Source of the DNA: the human T2T-CHM13v2.0 reference genome, Homo sapiens
Assembly: GCF_009914755.1 (NCBI RefSeq)
Contig: NC_060945.1
DNA: 64,000 nucleotides
Strand: one strand, 5' to 3'
Both the position numbers and the translations under genes were made by a program. Shown piece by piece: positions 28,801 through 41,864 of this stretch (position 1 is its first letter; every line of letters begins with the position of its first letter). The notes under the pieces are model-generated. The model did not search any database. It was given only the letters and a program-made list of their open reading frames with translations, and had not been told where the DNA came from.

Positions 28801-30200
28801 GTGGATTTGAATCAAAAGGAATTGAATGGAATGGACCCGAATTGAATGGAAAGTAATAGAATGGAAAGGAATGGAATGGAATGGAATGGAATGGAATAGA
28901 GTGGACTCGAATGGAATGGACTCGAATGGAATGGAATTGAATGGAATGGACTCGAATGTAATGTAATGGAATGGAATGTGCTCAAATGGAATGGAATGGA
29001 AAACAATGGCATGGAATAGAATGAACTGGAATGTAATGAGTTTGGAATGGACAGGAATGGAATGGAATGGAATGGAAAGGAATGGAATGGACTCAAATGG
29101 AATAACATGGAATCCAATGGAATAGAATGTAACGGAATGTAATGAACACGAATGTAATGGAATGTAATAGAATGAACTGGAATGTAAAGAATTTGGAATG
29201 GACAGGAATGGAATGGAATGGAATGGAAAGGAATGGAATGGACTCAAATGGAATAACATGGAATCGAATGGAATAGAATGTAACGGAATGTAATGAACAG
29301 GAATGTAATGGAATGTAATGGAATGAAAGGTGCTGGAATGGAATGGAATGGAATGGAGTGGAAAGGAATGAAATGGAATGGATCTTGCACTAATGGGTTG
29401 GAATGCAATGGAATTTACTAGAATGGAATGGAATGGAATGGACTGAAATGGAATAGCATGGAATGGAATGGACTCGAATGCAATGGAATGGAATGGACTC
29501 GAATGGAACGGAATGGACTCGAAAGAGTGGAGTCGAATGGACTTGAACGGATTGCAATGGAATGGAACAGAATGGAATGTACTCGCATGGAATGGAAATG
29601 AATGGAATAGAACGGAACAGAACGGAATGGAATTGACTGGAATGGAAAGGAATGCAATGGAATGGAGTGGACTTGAATGATATGCAATGGAATGGACTCG
29701 AATGAATTGGAATGGACTCAAATACAATGGAATAGAATGGAAAGGAATCAACTGGAATGGAATGGAATAGAATGGCCTCAAATGGATTGAAATGGAATGG
29801 AATGGACTCAAATGCAATGGAATGGAAGGAACCCAACGGAATGGAAAGGACTCGAATAGAATGGTATGGAATGGAATGGACTCAACGGGAATGGAATAGA
29901 TTAGAATGGCCTCGAGTGGGTTGGAATGGAATGGAATCTACTCAAATGGAATGGAATGGAATGGAACCGACAGGCATGGAATGGAAAGGAATGGATCCGA
30001 ATGGAATGGAATGGAATGGAATGCAATGGAATTGAATGGGATGGAATATATTGCAATGGACTCGAATGGAATGGATAGGAATGGACCCAAATGGAATCAA
30101 TTGGAATGGTCTCGATTGGAATGGAACGGACTTGAATCATATTGAATGGAATGGAGTCGAATGAATTGGAATGGAGTCTAGTTGAATGGAATGGAATAGA
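22830..30200 (+). repeat. Degenerate higher-order repeat, units of ~0.85, 1.5, 1.7 and 2.1 kb
   Basis: A TAAT(G/A)AGTTTGGAATGGACT-like landmark occurs at 22,846, 23,700, 25,223, 26,913 and 29,034. TTGACTCAAA.GGAATGGTTTGG occurs at 24,976 and 26,651. AATAGCATGG landmarks recur co-linearly. Confidence 0.75.
29015..29317 (+). repeat. 151-bp local tandem duplication (2 copies)
   Basis: TAGAATGAACTGGAATGTAA...TTTGGAATGGACAGG...AATAACATGGAATC...GTAACGGAATGTAATGAACA is repeated. AATAACATGG occurs at 29,101 and 29,252. Confidence 0.85.
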
Positions 30201-33200
30201 ATGGAATGGAATGGATTGGAATAGAATGGAATGGAATGGAGTGGACTCGAATGGAATGGAATGCACTGAAATGGAATGGAATGCAATGGAACCCACTCGA
30301 ATGGAATAGAATGGAATGGAATGGAAGGGACTCGAATGAAATGGAATGAAATGGACTCGAATGGAATGTAGTGGACTCGAATGGAAAGGAATGGACTCGA
30401 AAGGAAAGGGATGTAATGGAGTGGAATGGAATGAAATGGGCTTCAATGGAATAGAATGCAATGGAATGGAAGGGACTCGAATGAAATGGAATGGAAAGGA
30501 CACGAATGCAACGGAATGCACTGGAATGGAATGTAATTGTTAGGAATAGACTCAAAAGTAATGGAATGGAATGGACCCAATTGGAATAGAACGGAATGGA
30601 ATGGAATGGAGAAGAAGGGAATGGAATGGAATGCAATGAAATGGACTGGAATGGATTTCAATGGAATGGAATGGAATAGAATGGAATGGAATGGAATGGA
30701 ATAGATAGGGATGAAATGGAATGGAAGGGACTCCAATAGAATGAAATGCACTCCAAAGGAATGGAATAGAATTGAATGGAATGGACTCGAATGGAATGGG
30801 ATTGACTCAAAAGGAATGGAATGGAAAGGAATGGACTCGAATGGAATGCAATGGAATGGATCTAAGTGGTATGGAAAGTAATGGACATGAATGGAATGGA
30901 AAGGAATAGACTGTAATGGAAAGGAAAGGATTGAAAAGGAATATAATGTAATGGACTCGAATGGAATGGAAAGGACTCGAGTGGAATGGGCTCAAATGGA
31001 ATGGAAAGGCCTCGAGTGGAATGGAACGGAATGCAATGGACTCGAATGGAATGGATTGGAATGTATTCCAATGGAATGGAAAGAAATTGAATGGATTCGA
31101 GTCAAACCGAATGTGTTGGCATGGAATGGACTCGAATGGAATGGAATGTAGTTGAATGAAATGGACTCGAACGGAATGGAATGGAATGGAATAGAATGGA
31201 GTAAAATGGAATGGAAATGAATGGTATCTAATGGAATTGAATGGACAAAATAGGAATGCAATGGAAAAGAATGAAATGGAATTGAATGGACTCAATAGTA
31301 ATGCAATGGAAAAGAATGTAATGGAAAGGAATGGCCTCGAAGGGAATGTAATGGAATGAAATGTGCAGAAATGGAATTGAATGGAAGGAAATCGAATGGA
31401 AAAAATTTTATAGAATGGACTCGAAGGGAAAGCTGTTGAATTGAATGGACCCCAAAGCAATGGAATGGAATGGAACGGATTGGAAAGGAATGGAATGGAA
31501 TGAAATGGAAAAAACTCGAATGGAATTTAATGGAATGGAATGGAATGGAATGGAATTGACTAGGATTAAGTGGAGTGGAATGGAAAGGAATGGAATGGAG
31601 TGGAATGGAATTGACTCAAGTGGAATGGAATGCAATGGGCTCAAATAAAATGGAATGCAATGGACTCGAGTGAAATGGAATGCAGTGGAACGGACTCGAA
31701 AGAAATGCAGTGGAATGGAATAGACTGCAATACAATCGAATGGAATGGAATGGAGTGAAATGGAATGGACAACAAAGACATGGAATGAAATAGAACGGGT
31801 TCAAGTTGAATGGAATGGAATAGAATGAAATGGAATGGAATACAATGGACTCAAATGGCATGCAATGGAATGGAATTGAAACGAATGGAATGGACTCAAA
31901 TGGAATTTAATGGAATGGTGCCAAAAGGAATGGAATGGAAATGAATGTAATTTACTCTAATGCGATGGTACTGAATGGAATATAATATAATGGAATGGAC
32001 TCAGATGGAATAGCACAGAATAGAATGGACTCTAATGCAATTGAATTGAATGGAATCGAATGGAATTGAACGGATTTCAATGGAGTGGTGTCTAATGGAT
32101 TCGAATGGAATGCAATGGAATGGAATGGAATGTACTCGAATGGAATGGAATGGAATGAAATGAAACGGACTCGAATGGAATGGAATGGAATGGCATGGAA
32201 TGGAATGGAATGGATTTAAATGGAAAGCAGTTGATTTGAACAAAATGGAATGGAACGGAACGGAAAGGAATGCAATGGAATGGAATGGAAAACAATGCAA
32301 GGGAATTCAATAGAATGGAAAGTAATGAAATTGAATGGAATGGAATGCAATGCAATGCAATGCCATGAAATGCAATGCAAGGAAATGAAATGGACTCGGA
32401 TGGAATGGAATGGTCTCAAATGAAAAGGAATGGACCAGAATGAAATGGAATGGAATGAAATGAAATGGACAAGAATGGAATGGACCGGAATGGAATGGAA
32501 AGGAATGGAATGGAATGGAATGGAATAGAATGAAACAGAATGAAATAGAATGGATTGGAACAGAATGGAATGGAATGGACTCAAATGGAATGGACTCGAA
32601 TGGAACACAGTGGAATTTACTGGATTAGAATCTAACGGAATTAACTGTGATGAAAAGGAATGGAATGGACTCGAATGGAATCGATGGGAATTGAATGGAC
32701 GTGAATGGAATGAAACAGAATGGACACGAAAGGAATAGAATGGAATGGAATGGAATGGAATGGAATGGTGTTGAATGGAATAGAATGGAATGCAATGGAC
32801 TCGAATGATATGGAATTTAATGGATGCAAAAGGAATGGAATGAACTCAATGGAATGGAATGGAATGGAATCGAAAGGAATGGAATGGAATGGACTCACGT
32901 GGAATGAAATGGAATGGTATCAAATGCAATAGATTGAAATGGAATGGACTCGAGATGAAAGGAATGGAATGGACAGGAAAGGAATGGAATTGAATGGAAT
33001 GGAATGGAATGGAATGGACAGGAAAGGAATGGAATTGAATGGAATGGAATGGAATGGAATAGACCCGAAACGAATGTAATGGAAGGAAATGTGCTGCAAT
33101 GGAATGGAATGGAATGGAATGGAATGGAATGGAATGGAATGGAATGGACTTCAAAGGAATGTAAAGGAATGAAACGTGCTGGGAAGGAATGGAATGGAAT

Positions 33201-36200
33201 GGAATGGAATAAAATGTAATGGAATGGAATCGAATGGAATGTAGTTGAATTGCATGGACCTGAAAGCAATGGAATGGTATGGAACAGATTAGAAGGGAAT
33301 GGAATGGAATGAAAAGGAAAAGCCTCGAATGGAATGCAATGGAATGGAATAGACTCGAATGAAATGGAGTGGACTCGAATGGAATGGAGTGGAATGGAAT
33401 CGACTCGAGTGGAATGGAACGGAATGGCCTCGAAAGAAATGGCATGCAGTGGCATGGAGTCCAAAGGAATGCAATGGAAAGCAAAAGAATTGAATGGAAT
33501 GGAATGGAACGGAATGGAAAGGAATGGAATTGACGCGAATGAAATGGAATGGAATAGAATGGACTCCAATGGAATGGAATGGAATGGAATGGAATGGAAT
33601 TTACTCCAATGCGATGGAATGGAATCGAATTTACTCGAACGGAATGGAATGAATGGACTCAAATGGAATAGCATGGAATGGTATGGACTCTAATGCACTG
33701 GAATTGAATGGATTCGAATGGAATGGAATGGAATGGCATGGAATGGAAAAGTTTGGATTTGAATTGAAAGGACCCAAAAAGAAAGGAATGGATTGGAATG
33801 GAATGCAATGGAATGGAATGTAATGGAATGGATTGGATTTGAATAGAAAGGACCCGAAAAGAATGGAATGGCATGGAATGAAGAGGCCTCGAATGGAATG
33901 GAATGGATTGGAATGGACTCGATTGAAATGGAATGGACTCGAATGGAATGTAAAAGAATGGAGTTGACTGGAGTGCAATGGAATGGAATAGAATTGATTT
34001 GAATGGAATGCAATGGACACGAAAGAAATGGAACGGAATGGAATGGAATGGAATGGACTCACATGGAACGGAATAGACTCGAATGGAATAGCACAGAATA
34101 GACTCGAATGGATTGGAATGCAATGGAATGGGCTCGATGGAATGGAATAGAATGGGCTCGATGGAATGGAATAGAATGGACTCGAAAGGAATTCAATGGA
34201 CTCGAAAGGATTGGAACAGAATGCAAAGGAATGGAATCGAATGCAATGCAATGGAATTGAATCGAATAGAATTGAATGGAGTTGCCACGAATGGAAAGGC
34301 TGGAATGGAATGGAATGGAATTGAAAGGAAAGGAATGGATTAGGCACAAATGGCATGGAATGGAATGGAATGGAATGGATTCGAATGGAATTGAATGGAA
34401 TGGATTCAAACGACATAATATGTAATTGAATGGACGCGAAAGCAATGGAATGGAATGGACTCGAAAGGAATGGTATGGACTCAAACTAAATAGAGTGGAA
34501 TGGACTCCAATGAAATGGAAAGGAGTTGAATGGACTCGAATAGAATGGAATGTATCAGAATAGAATGAACTCAAATGGAATGGAATGGAATTTAATGAAA
34601 TGGACTCGAATGGAATGGAATGAAATGGAATGTACTGGAATGGAATGGAAGGGAATGGAATGCGTTTGAATTGAGTGGACTGGAAAAGAATGGAATTTAA
34701 TGGAATGGAATGAAATGGAAAGAAGTGGCTTCGAATGGATTCGAATGGAAAGGAATTTACTCGAATGAAATGGAATGGAATCAAATGGAATGAAATGGAA
34801 TGGGATCAACTCGTGTGCAATGGAATGGAATGGAATGGATTCGAAGGGAATGCAATGCAATGGACACGAATGGAATAGAACCAAAAGGAATGGAACGGAA
34901 TGGAGAGGTACGGAATGGAACGGAATGGAATGGAACGGAACGGAATGGAAAGGAATGGAACGGAACGCAATGGATTGAAATGGAATGGAATCGAATGGAA
35001 TGGAATGGATTGGAATCTAATGGAATGGAATATAATTGACTCGAAAGGAATGGAATGCAGTTGAGTGCACTCAAATGGAATAGAATGGAATGGAATGGAA
35101 GGGACTCGAATGAAATGGAACAGAATGGACTCGAATGTAATTGAATGGACTGGAATGGAGTGGAATGGAATGGTATGGAGAAGAATGGAATAGATAGGAA
35201 TGGAATGGAACGGAAGGGACTATAATAGGATGCAATGGACTCCAAAGGAATGGAATAGAACGGAATAGACAGCAATGGAATGGATTCAAATCGTATAGAA
35301 TGTAATGGAAAATATAGGACAGGAGAAAATGGAATGGAATGGACTCGAATGGAATGTACTGGACTCAAAAGGAATGGAATGGAATGGACTTAAGTGGAAT
35401 GGAATGTAATGGACAGGAATGGAATGAAATGGAACAGACGGTAATGTAAAGAAATGGATTGGAAAGGAATGGAATGGGATAGACTAGAAAGGAATGGAAA
35501 GGACTCGAGTAGAATGGATTGGAATGGAATGGACTCGAATGGAATGGAAAGGATTCGAGTGGAATGGAATGGAATGCAATGGACTCGAACGGAATGGGGT
35601 GGAAGTTATTCTAATGGAATGGAGTGGATTTTATTATAATGGAATGGAATGGAATTGAATGGATTTGAATTGAACTGAATATAATGTCATGGAATGGACT
35701 CGAATGTAATGTAATTTAATGGAATGAAATGTATTCCAAAGGAATGGAATGGAATGGACTCGAATGGAATGGAATGGAATGGAATAAAATGGAATGGACA
35801 ACAATGGTATGCAATGGAATTGAATGGACTCAACAGGAATGCAATGGAAAAGAATGTAATGGAATGGAGTGGACTCGAAAGGAATGTAATGGAATGAAAT
35901 GTGCTGAAATGGAATGGAATGGAATGGAATGGAGTGGAATGGAATAGAATGGAAAAAATGTAATAGAATGGAATTGAAGGGAATGCAGTTGAATTCAATG
36001 GACATGAAAGCAATGGAATGGAATGGAACGGATTTGAAAGGAATGGAATGGAATGAAATGGAAAAGACACGAACGCAATGGAATGGAAAGGACTAGAATG
36101 AAATGGAGTGGAATGGAATGGAATAGAATGGAATCGACTCAAGTGGAATGGAATGGAAAGGACGCGTATGATATGGAATGCAGTGGAATGGAATAGAATG

Positions 36201-36949
36201 GAATGCAATGGAGTGGATTAGACACGAATGGAATGGAATGGAATGGAATGGAATGGAATGAGATGGAATGGACGCAAATGTAATGGAATGAAACATAATT
36301 GAATCGGAATGGAATGGATTGGAATGGAATGGAATGGAATGGAATCTAATGGAAAAATATAATAGAATGGACTCGAAGGGAATGCAGTTGAATTGAATAG
36401 ACACAAAAGCAATGGAATGGAATGGAACGGACGGGAAGGGAATGGTATGGAATGAAACGGAAAGACTAGAATGGAATGGAAAGGAATGGAATGAACTAGA
36501 TTGAAATATAGTGGAATGGAATGGAATGGAATGCAATGGAATGGAATCGACTCAAGTGGAATGGAATGGAATGGAATCAAATAAAATGGAATGCAGTGGA
36601 ATGGACTCGAATGGAATGCAATGGGATGGAATAGACTCGAATGGAATGGAAAGAAATGTAATTTAATGGAATGAAATGGAATGGACGGGAATGAAATGGA
36701 ATGAAATACAATGGATTCGAATGGAATGGAATGGAATGGAATGCAACGGACACAAATGGAATGGAAAGGACTTGAAAAGAATGGAATGGACTCGAATAGA
36801 ATTTATTGGGATGGTTCCAAATGGAATGGAATGGAATGGAATTTAATTGAACGTGATGGAATGGAATGGAATTTACTCCAATGGACTGGAATGGAATGGA
36901 ATCAAAAGGAAAAGAATGGAATGGATTGGACTCGAATGCAATGGAATGG

Positions 36950-39400
36950 AATGGACTCGAATGCAATCGTATGGACTTGATCAGAATAGAGTGGAAAGAA
37001 ATCCAAAGGATAGGAGTGGAATTGAAGGGACTCGAATAGAATGGAAAGTAACGGAATGGAATGAACTCGAATGGAATGGAATGAAATGGACTCGAATGGA
37101 ATGGAATGATCTGGAATGGAATGGAATGCAATGCATTTGAATTGAATGAAGCCGAAAAGAATGGAATGGAATGGAATGGAATGGAATGGAATGGAATGGA
37201 ATGGAATGGAATGGAGTGGATTTGAATTGAATGGACCTGAAGAGAATGGAATGGAACGGACTGGAATGATGAGGCCTCGAATGGAATGGAATGGATCGGA
37301 ATGGACTTGAATGAAATGGAACGGACTCGAATAGAATGGAATAGAATTTAATCGACTTGAGGGCAATGGAATGGAATCGAATAGAATGGAATCGACTCGA
37401 GTTCAATGGAATGGAATGGAATGGATACGAATGGAATGGAATGGACCCAAACGGAATGGAATGGAACGGAATGGAATGGAATGGAACTGAATGGAATTTC
37501 CACGCATGGAATGGAATAGACTAGAATGGAATGGAAAGGAGTAACTCGAAGAAAATGGAATGCAATGGAATGCACTCGAATGGAATGGAATAGAACAGAC
37601 TAAAAAGGAATTCATTGGACTTGAAAGGAATGGAATGGAATGCAGTGGAATGGAATCGAATGGATTGAAATGGAACTGACTCGAAAGGAATTCAGTGGAT
37701 TGGCCACGAATGGAAGGGGTGGAATGGAATGGACTAGAATTGAATGGCAAGGAATGCATTGGTCTCAAATGGAATGGAATATATTGGAATGCAATTGAAT
37801 AGAATCGAAAGGAATCCAATGGAATTGACAGGAATGGAATTGAATGGAGTGGCCACGAATGGAAGGGGTGGAAAGGAATGGACTGCAATTGAAATCAAAG
37901 GAAGGCACTGGGCTCAAAAGGAATGGAATGGAATGGATTCGAATGGAATTGAATGGAATGGATTCAAATGGAATTGCATGGAATGAAATGGACTTGAATG
38001 CAATGGAATGGAGTGGACTCGAATGGAATGGTATGGACTAGAACAGAATAGAGTGGAATGGACTTCAATTGAATGCAATGGAATTGAATGGACAAGAATA
38101 GAATGCAATATAACAGAATGGAATGAACTGGAATACAATGGAATGGAATGGAATGAAATGGACTTGAATGGAATGGAATCGAACGGAATGCACTGGAATG
38201 GAATGGAATGCATTTGAATTGAATGGACCCGAAAAGAAGAATGGAAAGGAATGGAATGGAATGGAATGGAATGGAATGAATTTGAAATTAATGGACCTGA
38301 AAAGACGATAATGGAAAGGAATGGAATGAAGTGGCCTCGAATAAAATGGAATGGATTGAAATGGACTCGAAAGAAATGTTATGGACTCGAATGGAATGGA
38401 ATAGAATGGAATCAGCACGAGTTCAATGGATTTAAATTGAATGGATTGGAATGCAACGGAAAGTACCCGAATGGAATGGAATGGAATGGAACGGAATGGA
38501 ATGGAAAAGAAACGAATGGACTCACATGGAATAGAAGAGAATCGATTGGAACAGAACGGAATAAACTCGAATGGAATGGAATGCCACAGAATGGACTCGA
38601 ATGGAATGGATTAGAATGGACTAGAATGGAATTCAATGCACTCGAAAGGAATGCAATGGAATGCAAATGAATGGAATCAAATGGAATGCAAGGGAATTGA
38701 CTAGAATGGAATTGTTTGGAGAGGCCACGAATGGTAAGGGTGGAATGGAATGCACAGGAATTGAATGGAAAGGAATGGATTGAGCTTAAATGGAATGGAA
38801 TGGAATGGATTGGACTGGAATTGAATGGAATGGATTCAAATGGAATAGCATGGAATGGAATGGACATGAATGCAATCGAATGGAATGGATTCGAATGGAA
38901 TGGTATGGACTCGAACGGAATAGAGTGGTATGGACTTCAATGGAATGGAATGGAATGGAATGGAATCGAATAGAATGGAATGTAACGGAATGGAATGAAC
39001 TCGAATCCAAAGGTATGGAATGAAATGGACTCGAAATATTTCGAATGGAATGGAAAGGAATATATTGGAATGGAATGGAATCGAATGGAATGCATTCGAA
39101 TTGAAGAGAACTGAAAAGAATGGAAAGGAATGGAATGCAATGAAGTGGCCTCGAAGGGAATGGAATGGATTGGAAAGGACTCGAATGAAATGGAATGGAT
39201 TCGAATGGAATGGAATAGAATGGAATTGACTCGAGTACAATCGAATGGAATGGAATGGATTCTAATGGAATGGAATGGACCCAAATGGAATGGACCAGAA
39301 CCAAACGGAATGGAATGGAACAGAATGGAATGGAGTCGCATGGAATGTAAAGGAATGGACCCAAATGGAATGGAATGGAATGGAATGGAATGGAATGGAA
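36950..39400 (+). repeat. Diverged ~0.9-1.1 kb repeats immediately left of the domain junction, with a related copy at ~33.7-34.5 kb
   Basis: CATT(T/C)GAATTGAA...GAAAAGAA occurs at ~37,134, 38,211 and 39,093 (and ~33,758). GGCCACGAATGG occurs at ~37,702, ~37,851 and ~38,723 (variant at ~34,283). G(A/T)GGCCTCGA occurs at ~33,883, 37,271, 38,331 and ~39,145. Confidence 0.7.
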
Positions 39401-40139
39401 TGGATTTCAATGTAATAGAATGAATGGAATGGAATGGACACGAAAGGATTTGAATGGAATGGAATGGAATGGATTGGAGTGGAATGGAATGGAATAGAAT
39501 GGAATATAACGGAATGGAATGGAATGGAAAGGAATGGAATCAACTGGAATGGAATTGAATGGAATGGAATGGAATGGTAGGGAATGCAATGGAATGGTAT
39601 GGAATGGAAGGGAATGGTAGCGAATGCAATGGAATGGAATGGAATCAACGCGAGTGGAATGGAATGGAATGGAATGGAGTGGAATTGAATCCACTGGAAT
39701 GGAATGGAATGGAATGGAATGAAACGGAAAGGAATTTAATGGAATGGAATGGAATCAACACGAGTGGAATTGAATGGAATGGAATGGAATGGAATAAACC
39801 CGAGTGGAGTGGAATGGAATGGAATGGAATGGAAAGGAATGGAATAGAATAGAATGGAATGGAATCAACCATAAGGGAATGGAATTGAAAGGAATCGAAT
39901 GGAATAGAATCGAATGGAATTGAATCAACCAGAGTGCAATGGAATGGAATGCAGTGGAATGAAACAGAATGAAATAGAATGGAATTGAATTAACATGAGG
40001 GGAATGGAATGGAATGGAAGGGAAAAGAATGGAACTTAATCATCTGGAGTGGAACGAATGGAATGGAATGGAATGGAATAGAAAGGAATTGAATCAGCCT
40101 GAGTGGAATGGAATGGAATGGAATGGAATAGAATGGAAT

Positions 40140-40410
40140 GGAATGGAATGGAATGGAATGGATTGGAATGGAATGGAATAGAATTGTATTGAATTAACTG
40201 GAATGGAATGGAATGGAATGGATTGGAATGGAATGGAATAGAATGGAATTGAATTAACTGGAATGGAATGGAATGGAATGGAATGGAATGGAATGAAATG
40301 GAATGGAAAGGAATGGAATAGAATTGAATTGAATTAACTGGAATGGAATGGAACGGAATGGAATGGATTGGAATGGAATGGAATAGAATGGAATAGAATT
40401 AACTGGAATG
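40140..40410 (+). repeat. Short tandem units (60-80 bp) ending in GAATTAACTG, 4 copies
   Basis: GAATTAACTG occurs at 40,191, 40,251, 40,331 and 40,396, separated by GGAAT runs of variable length. Confidence 0.8.
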
Positions 40411-40654
40411 GAATGAAATGGAATGGAATGGAATGGAATGGAATGGAATGAAATGAAATGGAATGGAATGGAATGGAATGGAATGAAATAAAATGGAATG
40501 GAATGAAATGGAATGGAAAGGAATTGAGTCAAGTATAATGGAATGGAAGGGAATGGAATGGAATGGAATGGAATGGAATCAACTGCTATGTAATGAAACG
40601 GATTGGAATGGAATGGAATGGAATAGAAAGGAATTGAATCAACCTGAGTGCAAT

Positions 40655-41085
40655 GGAATGGAATGGAATGGAATTGCGTCAACTGAAATGGAATGGAATG
40701 GAAAGAAAAGGAATGGAATGGAATTGAATGGAAAGGAATGGAAAGGAATGGAATGGAATGGAATGGAAAGGAATTGAATCAACCTGAGTGGAATGGATTG
40801 GAATGGAATAGAATGGAATGGAATAGAATGGAATTGAATTGAGTCAACTGGAATGGAATGGAATGGAATGGAATGGAATGGAATGGAATGGAATTGCATC
40901 AACTGAAATGGAATGAAATGGAAAGGAAAGGAATGGAATGGAATTGAATGGAATGGAATGGAAAGGAATGGAATGGAATGGAATGGAATGGAATTGAATC
41001 AACCTGAGTGGAATGGATTGGAATGGAATAGAATGGAATGGAATGGAATGGAATTGAATTGAGTCAACTGGAATGGAATGGAATG
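40655..41085 (+). repeat. 220-bp tandem duplication
   Basis: AACTGAAATG occurs at 40,681 and 40,901; AACCTGAGTG at 40,781 and 41,001; GAGTCAACTG at 40,841 and 41,061. The offset is constant at 220. Confidence 0.85.
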
Positions 41086-41729
41086 TAACGGAATGGAAAG
41101 GAAAGGAATGGAATGGAATTGAATGGAATGGAATGGAAAGGAATGGAATGGAGTGGAATGGAAAGGAATGGAATTGAATGGAATGGAATCGAATGGAATC
41201 AACTGGAGTGGAATGGAGTGGAATGCAATGGAATGGAATAGAAGGAAAAGGTGGGGAATGTAATAGAATGTAATGGAATGAACCCCAATGGAATATAATG
41301 TAATGTAATGGAATGGAATGGAATGGAATTGAATGGAACGGAAAGGAGTGGAATTGAATCCACTGGAATGGAATGGAATGGAATGGTATGGAATGTAATG
41401 GAATCAACCCGAGTGGAATGGAATGGATTAGTCTGGAATGGAATTGAATGGATTGGAAAGGAATGGACTGGAATAGAATGGATTGGAATGGAATAAAATG
41501 GAAGTGAATCAACACGAGTGGAGTGGAAAGGAATGGAATGGAATGGATTGGAATGGAATAGAATAGAATGGAATTGAATCAACCCGAGTGGAATGGAATG
41601 GAATGGAATGGAATGGAATGGAATGGAAAGAAATGGAATGGAATGGAATGGAGTGGAATGGAATGGAAAGAAATGGAATGGAATGGAATGGAATCAACCC
41701 GATTGGAATGGAATGGAATGGCATGGCAT

Positions 41730-41864
41730 GGAATGGAATGGAATGGAATAGAATGGAATTGAATCAACATGAGTGGAATGGAATGGAATGGAATAGAATG
41801 GAATTGAATCAACATGAGTGGAATGGAATGGAATGGAATAGAATGGAATTGAATCAACATGAGT
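41730..41864 (+). repeat. Perfect 45-bp x3 tandem repeat: (GGAAT)4-AGAAT-GGAAT-TGAAT-CAACA-TGAGT
   Basis: CAACATGAGT occurs at 41,765, 41,810 and 41,855 with identical intervening sequence. Confidence 0.92.

Larger units (their letters stand above)
1..39445 (+). repeat. HSat3 domain 1: GGACTCGAAT-type (HSat3A-like), diverged, TaqI(TCGA)/HinfI-rich
   Basis: GGACTCGAAT and variants (GGACTCAAAT, GGACTTGAAT, GGACACGAAT, GGACCCGAAT) recur every few dozen bp. The last clear examples are near 39,177, 39,357 and 39,436. CAACCCGAGT is essentially absent. The A-family label comes from recalled motif content and is not computed. Confidence 0.8.

Noticed and set aside
1-39445. Assignment to the canonical Yq12 DYZ1 array
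   Set aside because: DYZ1 shows continuous high-identity ~3.56-kb tandem units. Here only one diverged pair has that spacing, and the period does not persist.
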